Positions 8,229 to 15,233 of a DNA stretch of 20,414 bases are shown here, piece by piece. Below the pieces are notes generated by a model. That model was not told the origin of the DNA. It made no database searches and saw nothing but the letters and a program-made list of their open reading frames with translations. Position 1 is the first letter of the stretch, and each line of letters opens with the position of its first letter. The DNA is from Archangium sp. (GTDB taxonomy: Bacteria; Myxococcota; Myxococcia; Myxococcales; Myxococcaceae): positions 1 to 20,414 of the forward strand of contig JANLPS010000398.1 in assembly GCA_031367385.1 (NCBI GenBank), read 5' to 3'. The position numbers were made by a program, and so were the translations under genes.

Positions 8229-9389
8229 ATGCCCTCCGTGAAGAAGGCGCCACCCCAACCTCCACCTCAGTGGGACAAGGCGCGCACCACGCCCATGCCG
8301 CCTGAGGAGCTCGCACGAGCAGTGGCGAATACCCGCCGGGCGGTCAGCGGTGAGTCAGAGGCGTATGAGGGTGCGGTCGAAGAAGGGGCGGCGCTGGGTG
8401 ACAGCAATGACCCCACGATTCTCACTGAGGGCGCTGGGTACCGGGTCGCACCTCGTGAGTTTCCTCCGCTCCCGCCTTCAGATGAGGGCGAACCGCCAGA
8501 GCGTGCTTCGGGCCTGAAGTGGGTTGTGATCGCGCTGAGCGTGACAGTCGTCATCGCGGGAGGCGTCTTCGCGATCGCTCGCTCAAGCAAGGCGAAGGGC
8601 CTCGCGAAACCGACTGCACAAACTGAAAAGGGGCAGGCCGCTCCAACGCGTGGCGCAGGCGTTCTCGCTGGGGCTCCTGAGAAGCGCTCTGGCTCACCTT
8701 CACCAACACCAGGTGCGGCTGCCACGCCCACTGCCGAGGCCGTGGCGACCGGCGCCACCTCACCGCCACCATCAGCCGACACCGCGACAGGGAAGCCTGC
8801 GACGAGCGCCACCCCGGCGTCAGCGGCCACCACACCGGCAGGAGGCACGGCGGTGGGCTCCGCTTCGCCAACCCAGGCAGCCGCGACGGGAACCAGCCCA
8901 GCGTCGGCGCCGCAGGCAACGCCGGGCTCCGCCTCGCCGAACAAGGGTGCGGCGACGAGCGACGCAACCCCGAGTGATGCACAACCCAGCGCTGCGGGGG
9001 CTGGAGCCTCGACTCGAAACGCAGGTGTTTCGGGCGCGCCACCACGTGACGCGGAGTGGACATTGCCGGGCCACTACAAAGTGGGAGATGCCGAGCCATC
9101 ACGAGCTCGGGCCAGCGCGGCCCTCACCACGCTCAAGCTTGCAGTGCGCGTCTGCGGCGGTGCGGTCGTTCTCGAAGGCCACTCGTGCAGCATCGGCAGC
9201 GAGGCCGTTCGCACCCAGATCGGCCTCGAGCGTGCCCAGATGATGCGCGACCGTTTGGTGCGCGCTGGCGTGCCCGCCGATTCGATGCAGGTCGTATCGA
9301 TGGGCTCGTCGAAGCCGATCGCCCGCAACGACACGAACGCAGGGCGAGCCAAGAATCGGCGGGTGACGGTTCGCTGTGCAACCCAGTGA
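8229..9389 (+). CDS. Inner-membrane-anchored OmpA-like (peptidoglycan-binding) domain protein
   Basis: Pro/Glu-rich N-terminus, one TM helix (WVVIALSVTVVIAGGVFAIA), long A/T/P/S linker, and a C-terminal OmpA-like domain (LEGHSCSIG, GLERAQMMRDRL, SMGSSKP, GRAKNRRV). Start at ATG 8229 is uncertain. Confidence 0.85.
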   Translation: MPSVKKAPPQPPPQWDKARTTPMPPEELARAVANTRRAVSGESEAYEGAVEEGAALGDSNDPTILTEGAGYRVAPREFPPLPPSDEGEPPERASGLKWVVIALSVTVVIAGGVFAIARSSKAKGLAKPTAQTEKGQAAPTRGAGVLAGAPEKRSGSPSPTPGAAATPTAEAVATGATSPPPSADTATGKPATSATPASAATTPAGGTAVGSASPTQAAATGTSPASAPQATPGSASPNKGAATSDATPSDAQPSAAGAGASTRNAGVSGAPPRDAEWTLPGHYKVGDAEPSRARASAALTTLKLAVRVCGGAVVLEGHSCSIGSEAVRTQIGLERAQMMRDRLVRAGVPADSMQVVSMGSSKPIARNDTNAGRAKNRRVTVRCATQ

Positions 9390-9410
9390 ACGGGTTGCGC
9401 GCACACTCAC

Positions 9411-9630
9411 AAGACGAGCCCGTTCGCCGCGAACGCCGGTGACCAGGGTGACGAGGGGTCGCCTGGGCGCGGGGTGATTTCAGAATGACAACTGCGTTTC
9501 GTATTTCACTCGGAGCGATTCGCCTGGGCGAATAGGAAACGCAGTTGTCATTTCGAACTCATCGCGCAGTGAGGGCACCCCCTCATGATCGCCTCGCCGG
9601 ACTCAACGGAGATCTCGCACTGCCCATCGA
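9411..9630. repeat. Copy A of a tandem ~220-230 bp structured repeat
   Basis: 9411-9463 matches 9690-9742 at 48/53 nt. Further similarity at 9563-9599 vs 9847-9881, and CCATCGA ending at 9630 vs 9920. Contains a perfect 17-bp inverted repeat 9484-9500/9536-9552. Confidence 0.9.
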
Positions 9631-9881
9631 GGCGCTTGCACGCGCAGTTGGGCGGGTGGCGGTTTGGGGGGCCCTCCGCGCTGCCGACGAAGACGAGCCC
9701 CTTCGCCCCGAACGCCAGTGGCCAGAGTGACGAGGGGTCGCCCAGGCCGCGATGGTTTTCCGGATCGACAACTCTACTTACGACCTGCGCTTCGAGGACT
9801 CGCCCGGGTGCCTCGATGGTAAGCAGAGCTGTCGATCTGGAAAACCCGCGCCGGGAGCCCACCCCATCAGGACACTCGCCG
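9411..9881 (-). ncRNA. Candidate tandem structured non-coding RNAs of unknown family (two units, about 9411-9599 and 9690-9881)
   Basis: Compensatory base changes between the two long stems and no ORF conserved between copies. Most non-Watson-Crick positions read as G-U on the minus strand, so the strand call is tentative. Confidence 0.45.
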
Positions 9882-9920
9882 CTCGCACCATGGAGCTGGC
9901 CGTGTCGGCGCTGCCATCGA
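9690..9920. repeat. Copy B of a tandem ~220-230 bp structured repeat
   Basis: Homologous to copy A at offset 279. Contains a 28-bp inverted repeat 9754-9781/9819-9846 (25/28 Watson-Crick) and an inner TCGAGG/CCTCGA stem (9792-9797/9811-9816). Confidence 0.9.
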
Positions 9921-10070
9921 ACACCAACGACCCGCCTTCATCAAAGCCCCTTGGAGCTCGGGAGGGCACCCACTCTCGGCCTGAATCTGCTCGTCGTTAC
10001 CGTCTGGCTGGTCGTCGACGGAGTCATCGTGAGTGAGCTCGACGCACCGGCCGCCAAGCTCGCCCGTTTG

Positions 10071-11189
10071 CTACGGCGCGCCAAAGGCGGTGGTCGACAC
10101 GTGGTTCGGGTCGGCCCCTCTGGCCAACGACAACGTCCACTTGAGGCCGTCGGTCGAGCGGTAGAGGTCACCGTCGTTTTGAATCGTGATGTAGGTGTTG
10201 TGCCCGTAGGTCAGATCATTCGCCTGCGCGGTGCTCTCGACGTGATCAACCCACGTCGCCCCGTCGCTCGAGGTGAAGACGTGCCCGTTGCCCAGCGCCG
10301 TGAAGTGGCCCTGACCGAACGCGAGGCCCGCGACGCCCGAAGCGAGCTCGGTCGTTGACCAGGTCTTGCCTCCGTCATTCGAGACGATGGCGGTCGTGAA
10401 GTTCGCCAGAATGCCGACGAAGCGCCCGTTGCCGTACGCGAGCCCGGTGCCCCACTGCGGTGGCGAAGGCACGGCGGGGGCTCCGGTCGACGCGAGCCAC
10501 GTGCTGCCATCGCTCGAGGAGAAAAGCAGCCCATCATCGTTGATCACCACGTACCGCTCGGCACCGTTCACCAACCCGTGGGCCAGCGCCTGTCTCGAAT
10601 GATGGGCGGTCGTGTAGTCATTGACCGGGGGGTGCTGCGTCCACGCGCTCAGGTCGGGGGGCGCCGTGGCGAGATAGCCGTAGCCTCCCGAGGCGAGCCA
10701 GCGACCCCCCGCGTAGACCATGCACGCGAGCCACTGCCCGTCGGCCTTCGGCACCATCGACCACGTCTTGCCATCGGGCGATGAGATGATCTGCTCGGCG
10801 AACCCGACGAATCGGCCGTTGCCCCAGACGACGGTTCGCACACCGATGCCGTCAGTGGTGGCGTCATCGACCCAGGTCACCCCGTCGTCGAGCGAGCGGA
10901 GGTGCCGAGCACCGTTGCCCATCGCCACGAAGATACCGGGAGGGTCTCCGGCGTCGATGAGCTGCGTGCCAGCGTCGAACCCGGCGTCGAAGGTGCCCGA
11001 GTCGAGCCCGCCCGCGTCAATGACCTGAGTCACCGCGGCATCGGGCGTGTTCACCAGCCCTGCGTCGACCGGCAAAGTGGGGCCGGCATCTGAGCGCACG
11101 AAGCCCCCGTCGGGCCCGAGGTCTGAAATGAAGCCGGCGCACCCCGCGAAGACGAGGCCGGCGCAGACGAAGAGCCAGTTGCGAACCAT
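10071..11189 (-). CDS. Lipoprotein with DAG-repeat linker and BNR/Asp-box beta-propeller (paralog of 56..1261)
   Basis: Signal MVRNWLFVCAGLVFAG-C; multiple xDAG/xDGG/xDSG motifs. Asp-boxes SLDDGVTW, SPDGKTW, SSDGSTW, SNDGGKTW, SSDGATW, STDGLKW, plus YGNGRFVG repeats. Confidence 0.88.
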   Translation of the reverse strand: MVRNWLFVCAGLVFAGCAGFISDLGPDGGFVRSDAGPTLPVDAGLVNTPDAAVTQVIDAGGLDSGTFDAGFDAGTQLIDAGDPPGIFVAMGNGARHLRSLDDGVTWVDDATTDGIGVRTVVWGNGRFVGFAEQIISSPDGKTWSMVPKADGQWLACMVYAGGRWLASGGYGYLATAPPDLSAWTQHPPVNDYTTAHHSRQALAHGLVNGAERYVVINDDGLLFSSSDGSTWLASTGAPAVPSPPQWGTGLAYGNGRFVGILANFTTAIVSNDGGKTWSTTELASGVAGLAFGQGHFTALGNGHVFTSSDGATWVDHVESTAQANDLTYGHNTYITIQNDGDLYRSTDGLKWTLSLARGADPNHVSTTAFGAP

Positions 11190-11268
11190 GTGGGTCAGAG
11201 CCTCGACACGCTTCGCGAAGCTCAACCCGGGGCGCGCTGGCGCAGTGACCACGGGGTGGGTGACCTCG

Positions 11269-11595
11269 TCAGTTCAGCGTGCCAGGCGTCAGGCATCGGG
11301 GAATCTTGGGGACTTCGACCGTCTTGTCGGGAATCTCGACCGACATGTTGACCATGGTGCACTTGGTGGGGGGCGGGCACGAATCTTTTTCAGGCGGCGT
11401 GCCGGGAGGACCCATCGTCAGCGGCATCGAGCACGACATGGTGCAGACGCTCTTGCCCGAAGGTAACTTGATACAGTCATTGCGGTTCTTGCAGTCGTCG
11501 CGCGAGCTGCACTCGCCGCCCACCGCGACCGTCTCAGATTTGCACGACAGCCCCAACGCCAACGCGAGCACGACGCCCATCGGTAGACATCTCAA
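11269..11595 (-). CDS. Small cysteine-rich lipoprotein
   Basis: Signal ...VVLALALGLS-C followed by 8 Cys (GGECSSRDDC...C...CTMSC...CPPPTKC...C). Start is TTG 11595 or ATG 11580. Confidence 0.75.
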   Translation of the reverse strand: MRCLPMGVVLALALGLSCKSETVAVGGECSSRDDCKNRNDCIKLPSGKSVCTMSCSMPLTMGPPGTPPEKDSCPPPTKCTMVNMSVEIPDKTVEVPKIPRCLTPGTLN

Positions 11596-11625
11596 TGTGA
11601 CCCCCCCCGTGTATGAGGCCTCTTC

Positions 11626-12579
11626 TTACTCGAACAAATGCCAGTTGCTCTGCAAATGGGAGGTCACCGTCGCGACCGCGCCGCCGGTGGTGAAGATGTG
11701 GTTGGTGCCGGTGAGCCGCACGTGCACGTAGTGCTCTCGCTTGATGCCAGCCAACACCTTGGTATTGATGCGGTCGAAGAACACCTCACGCAGCTTGGCT
11801 TCGGCGGTGATGATCAGCGATGGCCGCTTGTCGGCGACCCACCGCGTCCACGCCGAGGCGAGCGGCACGTTGGTCACCGAGGGCAACTCACTGCGGCTGA
11901 GCACGAAGTCGAGAATCTTCTTTCTCGGCAACGGCACGAAGCGCCCGTAGCGGTTCTCCAAGGTGAGCAGCCGCATCCACCCCCAGTAGGAGAACAGCTT
12001 GCCAACGCCCCGATCGATGTGGCGCTCGAAGGGCACTTCACGCGACAAGAACTTGGGCAGCCGCGCGCGCACCTTGTCGCGCCTCCGCTGACGCACCGCT
12101 GGGCCATCATCGTTTCGCGGCTCGGTCACGTACATCTCGGGCTCGAGCAGCACCACGCCGCGCACTTTCTCTCGCTCGCTGTCGGCGGTGAAGATCGCGT
12201 TCACTGCGCCGCCGCAGAGCCCAGCGATGACCAGGCCATCGAGCTGCTCGCGCTCGCACACCCGCCGCACGAGCTGCTGGGTGACCGCGGTGAAGCGGCC
12301 CGAGGTCACCTCGGGGAAAAACTGATGCGTCTGCGCTGGCAACGGGCCGGGCGCGTCTCCCAAGCCGGGGAGGTCGTAGCGAAAACACGGCACACCCCGG
12401 CGCGCCATGGCATCGCTGGCCTGGGCGGCGAGGCCTCCGTGACCGTCGCGCGGCACGTACCCGAAATTCACCCACAGCAGGCCGACACGCGCCCGAGGCC
12501 CGACGGGCTCATGCAAGGTGCCGACGCAGCGGCCCGCCGGCACTTCGACCACATCGACGCGGCGCACGACGTCGCTCAC
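11626..12579 (-). CDS. Alpha/beta hydrolase fold protein, exosortase-A-associated hydrolase 1-like (Cys at the nucleophile elbow)
   Basis: Motifs FRYDLPGLGDAPG, nucleophile elbow AGLCGGA, VRGVVLLEP and C-terminal GTNHIFT. Its GTG start overlaps the upstream TGA (GTGA, 12576-12579). Confidence 0.8.
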   Translation of the reverse strand: MSDVVRRVDVVEVPAGRCVGTLHEPVGPRARVGLLWVNFGYVPRDGHGGLAAQASDAMARRGVPCFRYDLPGLGDAPGPLPAQTHQFFPEVTSGRFTAVTQQLVRRVCEREQLDGLVIAGLCGGAVNAIFTADSEREKVRGVVLLEPEMYVTEPRNDDGPAVRQRRRDKVRARLPKFLSREVPFERHIDRGVGKLFSYWGWMRLLTLENRYGRFVPLPRKKILDFVLSRSELPSVTNVPLASAWTRWVADKRPSLIITAEAKLREVFFDRINTKVLAGIKREHYVHVRLTGTNHIFTTGGAVATVTSHLQSNWHLFE

Positions 12580-13424
12580 GCTGAGCGCTCCTGCTTCACG
12601 GTGGCCCAGCCTTCGCTCCAGAGGCTCAGCCGGTCGAGGGTGAGGGTGAACAGCTCGTTCAAATCAGCGACCAGGTTCGCGCTCTGCAACCAGAAGACGG
12701 GCCTGGGTATTCTCGCGGTGGCTCCGAACGGTGCCGGCGGCGGAGTGCGCGCGTCGAGCGAGACGGCCAGCCACTTGCCGGTCAACCTCGTGGGCTCGGT
12801 GAAGGCGTACGTCGCGGCGCTCTGCCACAGAGCCCTCGACCACTCGTACCCCTCGACCTCGACCAACAGCCCACGCTCGAGCTCTTGCACGTAGTCATCG
12901 CGGGTCTTTTTTTCTCCGCCCGCGAACTCCATGTAGTCAGACGCGAGCTTGCGACGCAGCATGTCCATCAGCATGGCTTTGCCGCTGACCGGCGCGTCCC
13001 ACGCGATGAGGGCGTCGGCATGGTGCGCCTCGAACGCGGTGCGCGCGAGCAGGGCCCCCAGGCGCAGCCCGAGCACGGTCACTCGGCCTTGATGGCGCAA
13101 CGCCGCGACGCGAAGCACGGCTTCGAGGTCGTCTTGCCATTCGGCAAACGTCTGCTTTCGAAAATCGCCAGTGCTCTCGCCGACGCCTCGGTAGTCGAAG
13201 CGCCAGACGTCGTACCCATTGAGCGCGAGGGTTCTGGCCCAGCGCACCCAGCTCAAGCTTGCGTGCGAGCGCTCGAGGGTCATCGGGCCCGCCAGCACCA
13301 CCGCGCCCTTGGCCGGCCCCGCGCTCTCGTGCTGCACCACGTAGAGTTGCTCGCCCTGGTGCGTGAAGAACGACGGTCGTTCTTCAGCCGGGAGCGGGTC
13401 GCCTGGTGACCAAAAGAGAGGCAC
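12576..13424 (-). CDS. Alpha/beta hydrolase fold protein, exosortase-A-associated hydrolase 2-like (Arg at the nucleophile elbow)
   Basis: Motifs RFDYRGVGESTGDF, WQDDL, elbow LGLRLGALLA, WDAPVSGKAML, VEVEGYEW and PVFW. Confidence 0.85.
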   Translation of the reverse strand: MPLFWSPGDPLPAEERPSFFTHQGEQLYVVQHESAGPAKGAVVLAGPMTLERSHASLSWVRWARTLALNGYDVWRFDYRGVGESTGDFRKQTFAEWQDDLEAVLRVAALRHQGRVTVLGLRLGALLARTAFEAHHADALIAWDAPVSGKAMLMDMLRRKLASDYMEFAGGEKKTRDDYVQELERGLLVEVEGYEWSRALWQSAATYAFTEPTRLTGKWLAVSLDARTPPPAPFGATARIPRPVFWLQSANLVADLNELFTLTLDRLSLWSEGWATVKQERSA

Positions 13425-13632
13425 GGTGAGCTGTTTTACTGCGCCTTCTTCTTTTCGGTACGAAACCGCTCGCCAAAATCACGGCTAACTGCCCAAAACC
13501 AGTCGGGTTGAGGCGTGGGTCTTTTGACGACATCAAACCCCAGATTCTCACAGGGCGAGAGCCGCGTGCGGTGCTTGACGGGTGTCGAGAACTCCGGTTG
13601 AGGTGATGTGCCTCGCCGTCTCAAGGGACCCA

Positions 13633-15099
13633 ATGAAGCTGCCGATCACCAAGCTCAAAGCCGCTTCGCTGCCCAAAGTGAGGGCACCGGCTGAGCAGAT
13701 CGCGCCTGCGTTGCGAGTCGCCAAAGGGGCAGAAGCGACGCCCTCGTTGGCCGCCCTCGAGACGACCGCGAGCGCGGCGCCGCTGGTGGCGCTGATCGAG
13801 AAGCCGAGGGCCCCTGCCGCGCTTGAAGTTCAGGCGGCGGTGGCGGAGCGCCAAGCAAGCAATCAGCTCTTCGAAGAAGGGGCGCCCTCGAAGCTCGAGA
13901 TCAGCCCCCCCGGGGGTACGGCGATCAGCAGCAAGGGCGGTTTGCCTTCAATCACCTGGCCCGAGACGCTGAGTGCCGCGCTCGAAGCGCTCGAAGCGAA
14001 GGGGTACCAACGGGCCGGTGAGCGCTCAGGCTCGACGGTGCTGCGCAAGGGCAAATCGGAGCTCACGCTGACGCCGATGGAGCTGGCGAGCACCGCTGGG
14101 TACGTCGCCGAGAGCGATGGCCGGCAGCACGCGCAGCTGGGGGCGCTGGCATTCGCCGACAAGCAGTGGAAGGCGTTCGTCGATGGGTACGAACGGCCGC
14201 TGCGCACCTACAACAAGATTATCGACCGGCCCGTCTTGTTCAACCGCTCACCCTCGCCGCGCGATGGCAGCCCGTTGCACGGCCCGCAAGATGGGTTGAA
14301 GCACTACATTCGCCTCGGCAAATCGCTCAAGACGCTGACCAAGAAACGGGTCAAAGCCCAGGAGCTGTACGCGGCTCGCGACGCGATCATCTCGATGCTC
14401 GAGAAGGCCAAGGTCAACGGCAAGCTGCCGAAGCACATCATGCTGGTCGTCGAAGGCCTCGATGGCGCGAGCAAGACCGGCAACGGGTTGACGCTCTCTC
14501 GGCTGCTCGAAGAGGCCGGGTACGACGTGAAGTTCAAGGCGTTTCGCACGCCGACGGCGGCGGAGCGCGAGCTGGGCCCGCTGGGCCGGTATGAAGAATT
14601 CGCAGACCCCTCGGCGGTCAATGGGTCGACGGTGTGGTTTCTCGATCGCGGGTACCCGGGCGACTACGTCTTCAACCCCAACGCGAAGCTCAAGGAGTTG
14701 GCCAAGCAGGCCGACAAATTCGAGAAGCGGCTCGAGCAGCAAGGCGTGCTGGTGGTGAAGATGATCTTTCGCCCAAGCACCTCGGCCTCGATGGCCACTT
14801 TCGGCAAGCGGCTGGCGCGGGCGAAGATCGCTGAAGACTTGTTGGCGCGGCGCCTCGACTTGAGCCCCGAAGACGTCGCCTCGCTCAAGGCCGCGGCGAC
14901 GCTGAAGCCAGGCTTCAATGACTTCAAGAGCGTGACCGTCGCCAAAGAAGTGCAGAAGCGCTACGACGCGTTCGCCAAAGCGAACAGCGCTCGCTTCAAG
15001 TGGTTCATGATCGAGACCGCTGACCGCCACGAGGGCCGCCTGGCCTCGTTCGATGCGTTTCGCAAAGCGCGAAAGAAAGCGCAGAAGAAACAGGCGTAG
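13633..15099 (+). CDS. ppk2: Divergent polyphosphate kinase 2 family protein with long N-terminal extension
   Basis: AAGGGA before ATG 13633. Walker A-like LVVEGLDGASKTG, FRTPTAAERE, Walker B-like FLDRGY, FEKRLEQQGVLVVKMIF and WFMIETADRHEGRL occur in PPK2 order. Confidence 0.72.
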   Translation: MKLPITKLKAASLPKVRAPAEQIAPALRVAKGAEATPSLAALETTASAAPLVALIEKPRAPAALEVQAAVAERQASNQLFEEGAPSKLEISPPGGTAISSKGGLPSITWPETLSAALEALEAKGYQRAGERSGSTVLRKGKSELTLTPMELASTAGYVAESDGRQHAQLGALAFADKQWKAFVDGYERPLRTYNKIIDRPVLFNRSPSPRDGSPLHGPQDGLKHYIRLGKSLKTLTKKRVKAQELYAARDAIISMLEKAKVNGKLPKHIMLVVEGLDGASKTGNGLTLSRLLEEAGYDVKFKAFRTPTAAERELGPLGRYEEFADPSAVNGSTVWFLDRGYPGDYVFNPNAKLKELAKQADKFEKRLEQQGVLVVKMIFRPSTSASMATFGKRLARAKIAEDLLARRLDLSPEDVASLKAAATLKPGFNDFKSVTVAKEVQKRYDAFAKANSARFKWFMIETADRHEGRLASFDAFRKARKKAQKKQA

Positions 15100-15233
15100 T
15101 GGTTGGCCTCGACGTCGCCACCTCGAGCACCTGAGAAGTCGACCTCGCGCTGACGAAGCGGGCTGTTCGTGTCACTGAACCAGCAACGCACAGCCCACGC
15201 CCCGCGCGTTCTCTGGCACGTGCGCCGCTTGAT

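Noticed and set aside
9411..9773. DGR template/variable repeat pair with downstream hairpin
   Set aside because: Mismatches (G/C, G/C, G/A, A/G, G/A) are not adenine-specific on either strand, neither copy lies in a target gene, and there is no RT in the window.
9484..9846. Integron attC sites (AAC...GTT in the long stems)
   Set aside because: The ends do not fit RYYYAAC/GTTRRRY, copy B has GCT instead of GTT, there is no cassette ORF between the copies and no integrase.
9411..9920. CRISPR array, 6S RNA, SRP RNA, cobalamin riboswitch, hammerhead ribozyme or type I toxin-antitoxin repeats
   Set aside because: Only two long units, and the consensus motifs or stem proportions of these RNAs are not matched. 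GCCACTG and CTGATG occur only in copy B, and no small hydrophobic ORF is conserved between copies.
9545..10358. ORFs 9545..9730, 9548..9862 (Cys-rich end), 9585..10358 and 9752..10036
   Set aside because: They overlap the repeats and each other, reading frames are not preserved between copies, and there are no recognisable domains. One minus frame shows three synonymous-looking changes (RPLVTLxTGVRGE), but copy A has an in-frame stop just upstream.
1393..15099. Phosphate-response link between the Phi-1-like gene and PPK2
   Set aside because: They are 11 kb apart, no Pho box was recognised, and the Phi-1 name derives from plant expression data only.
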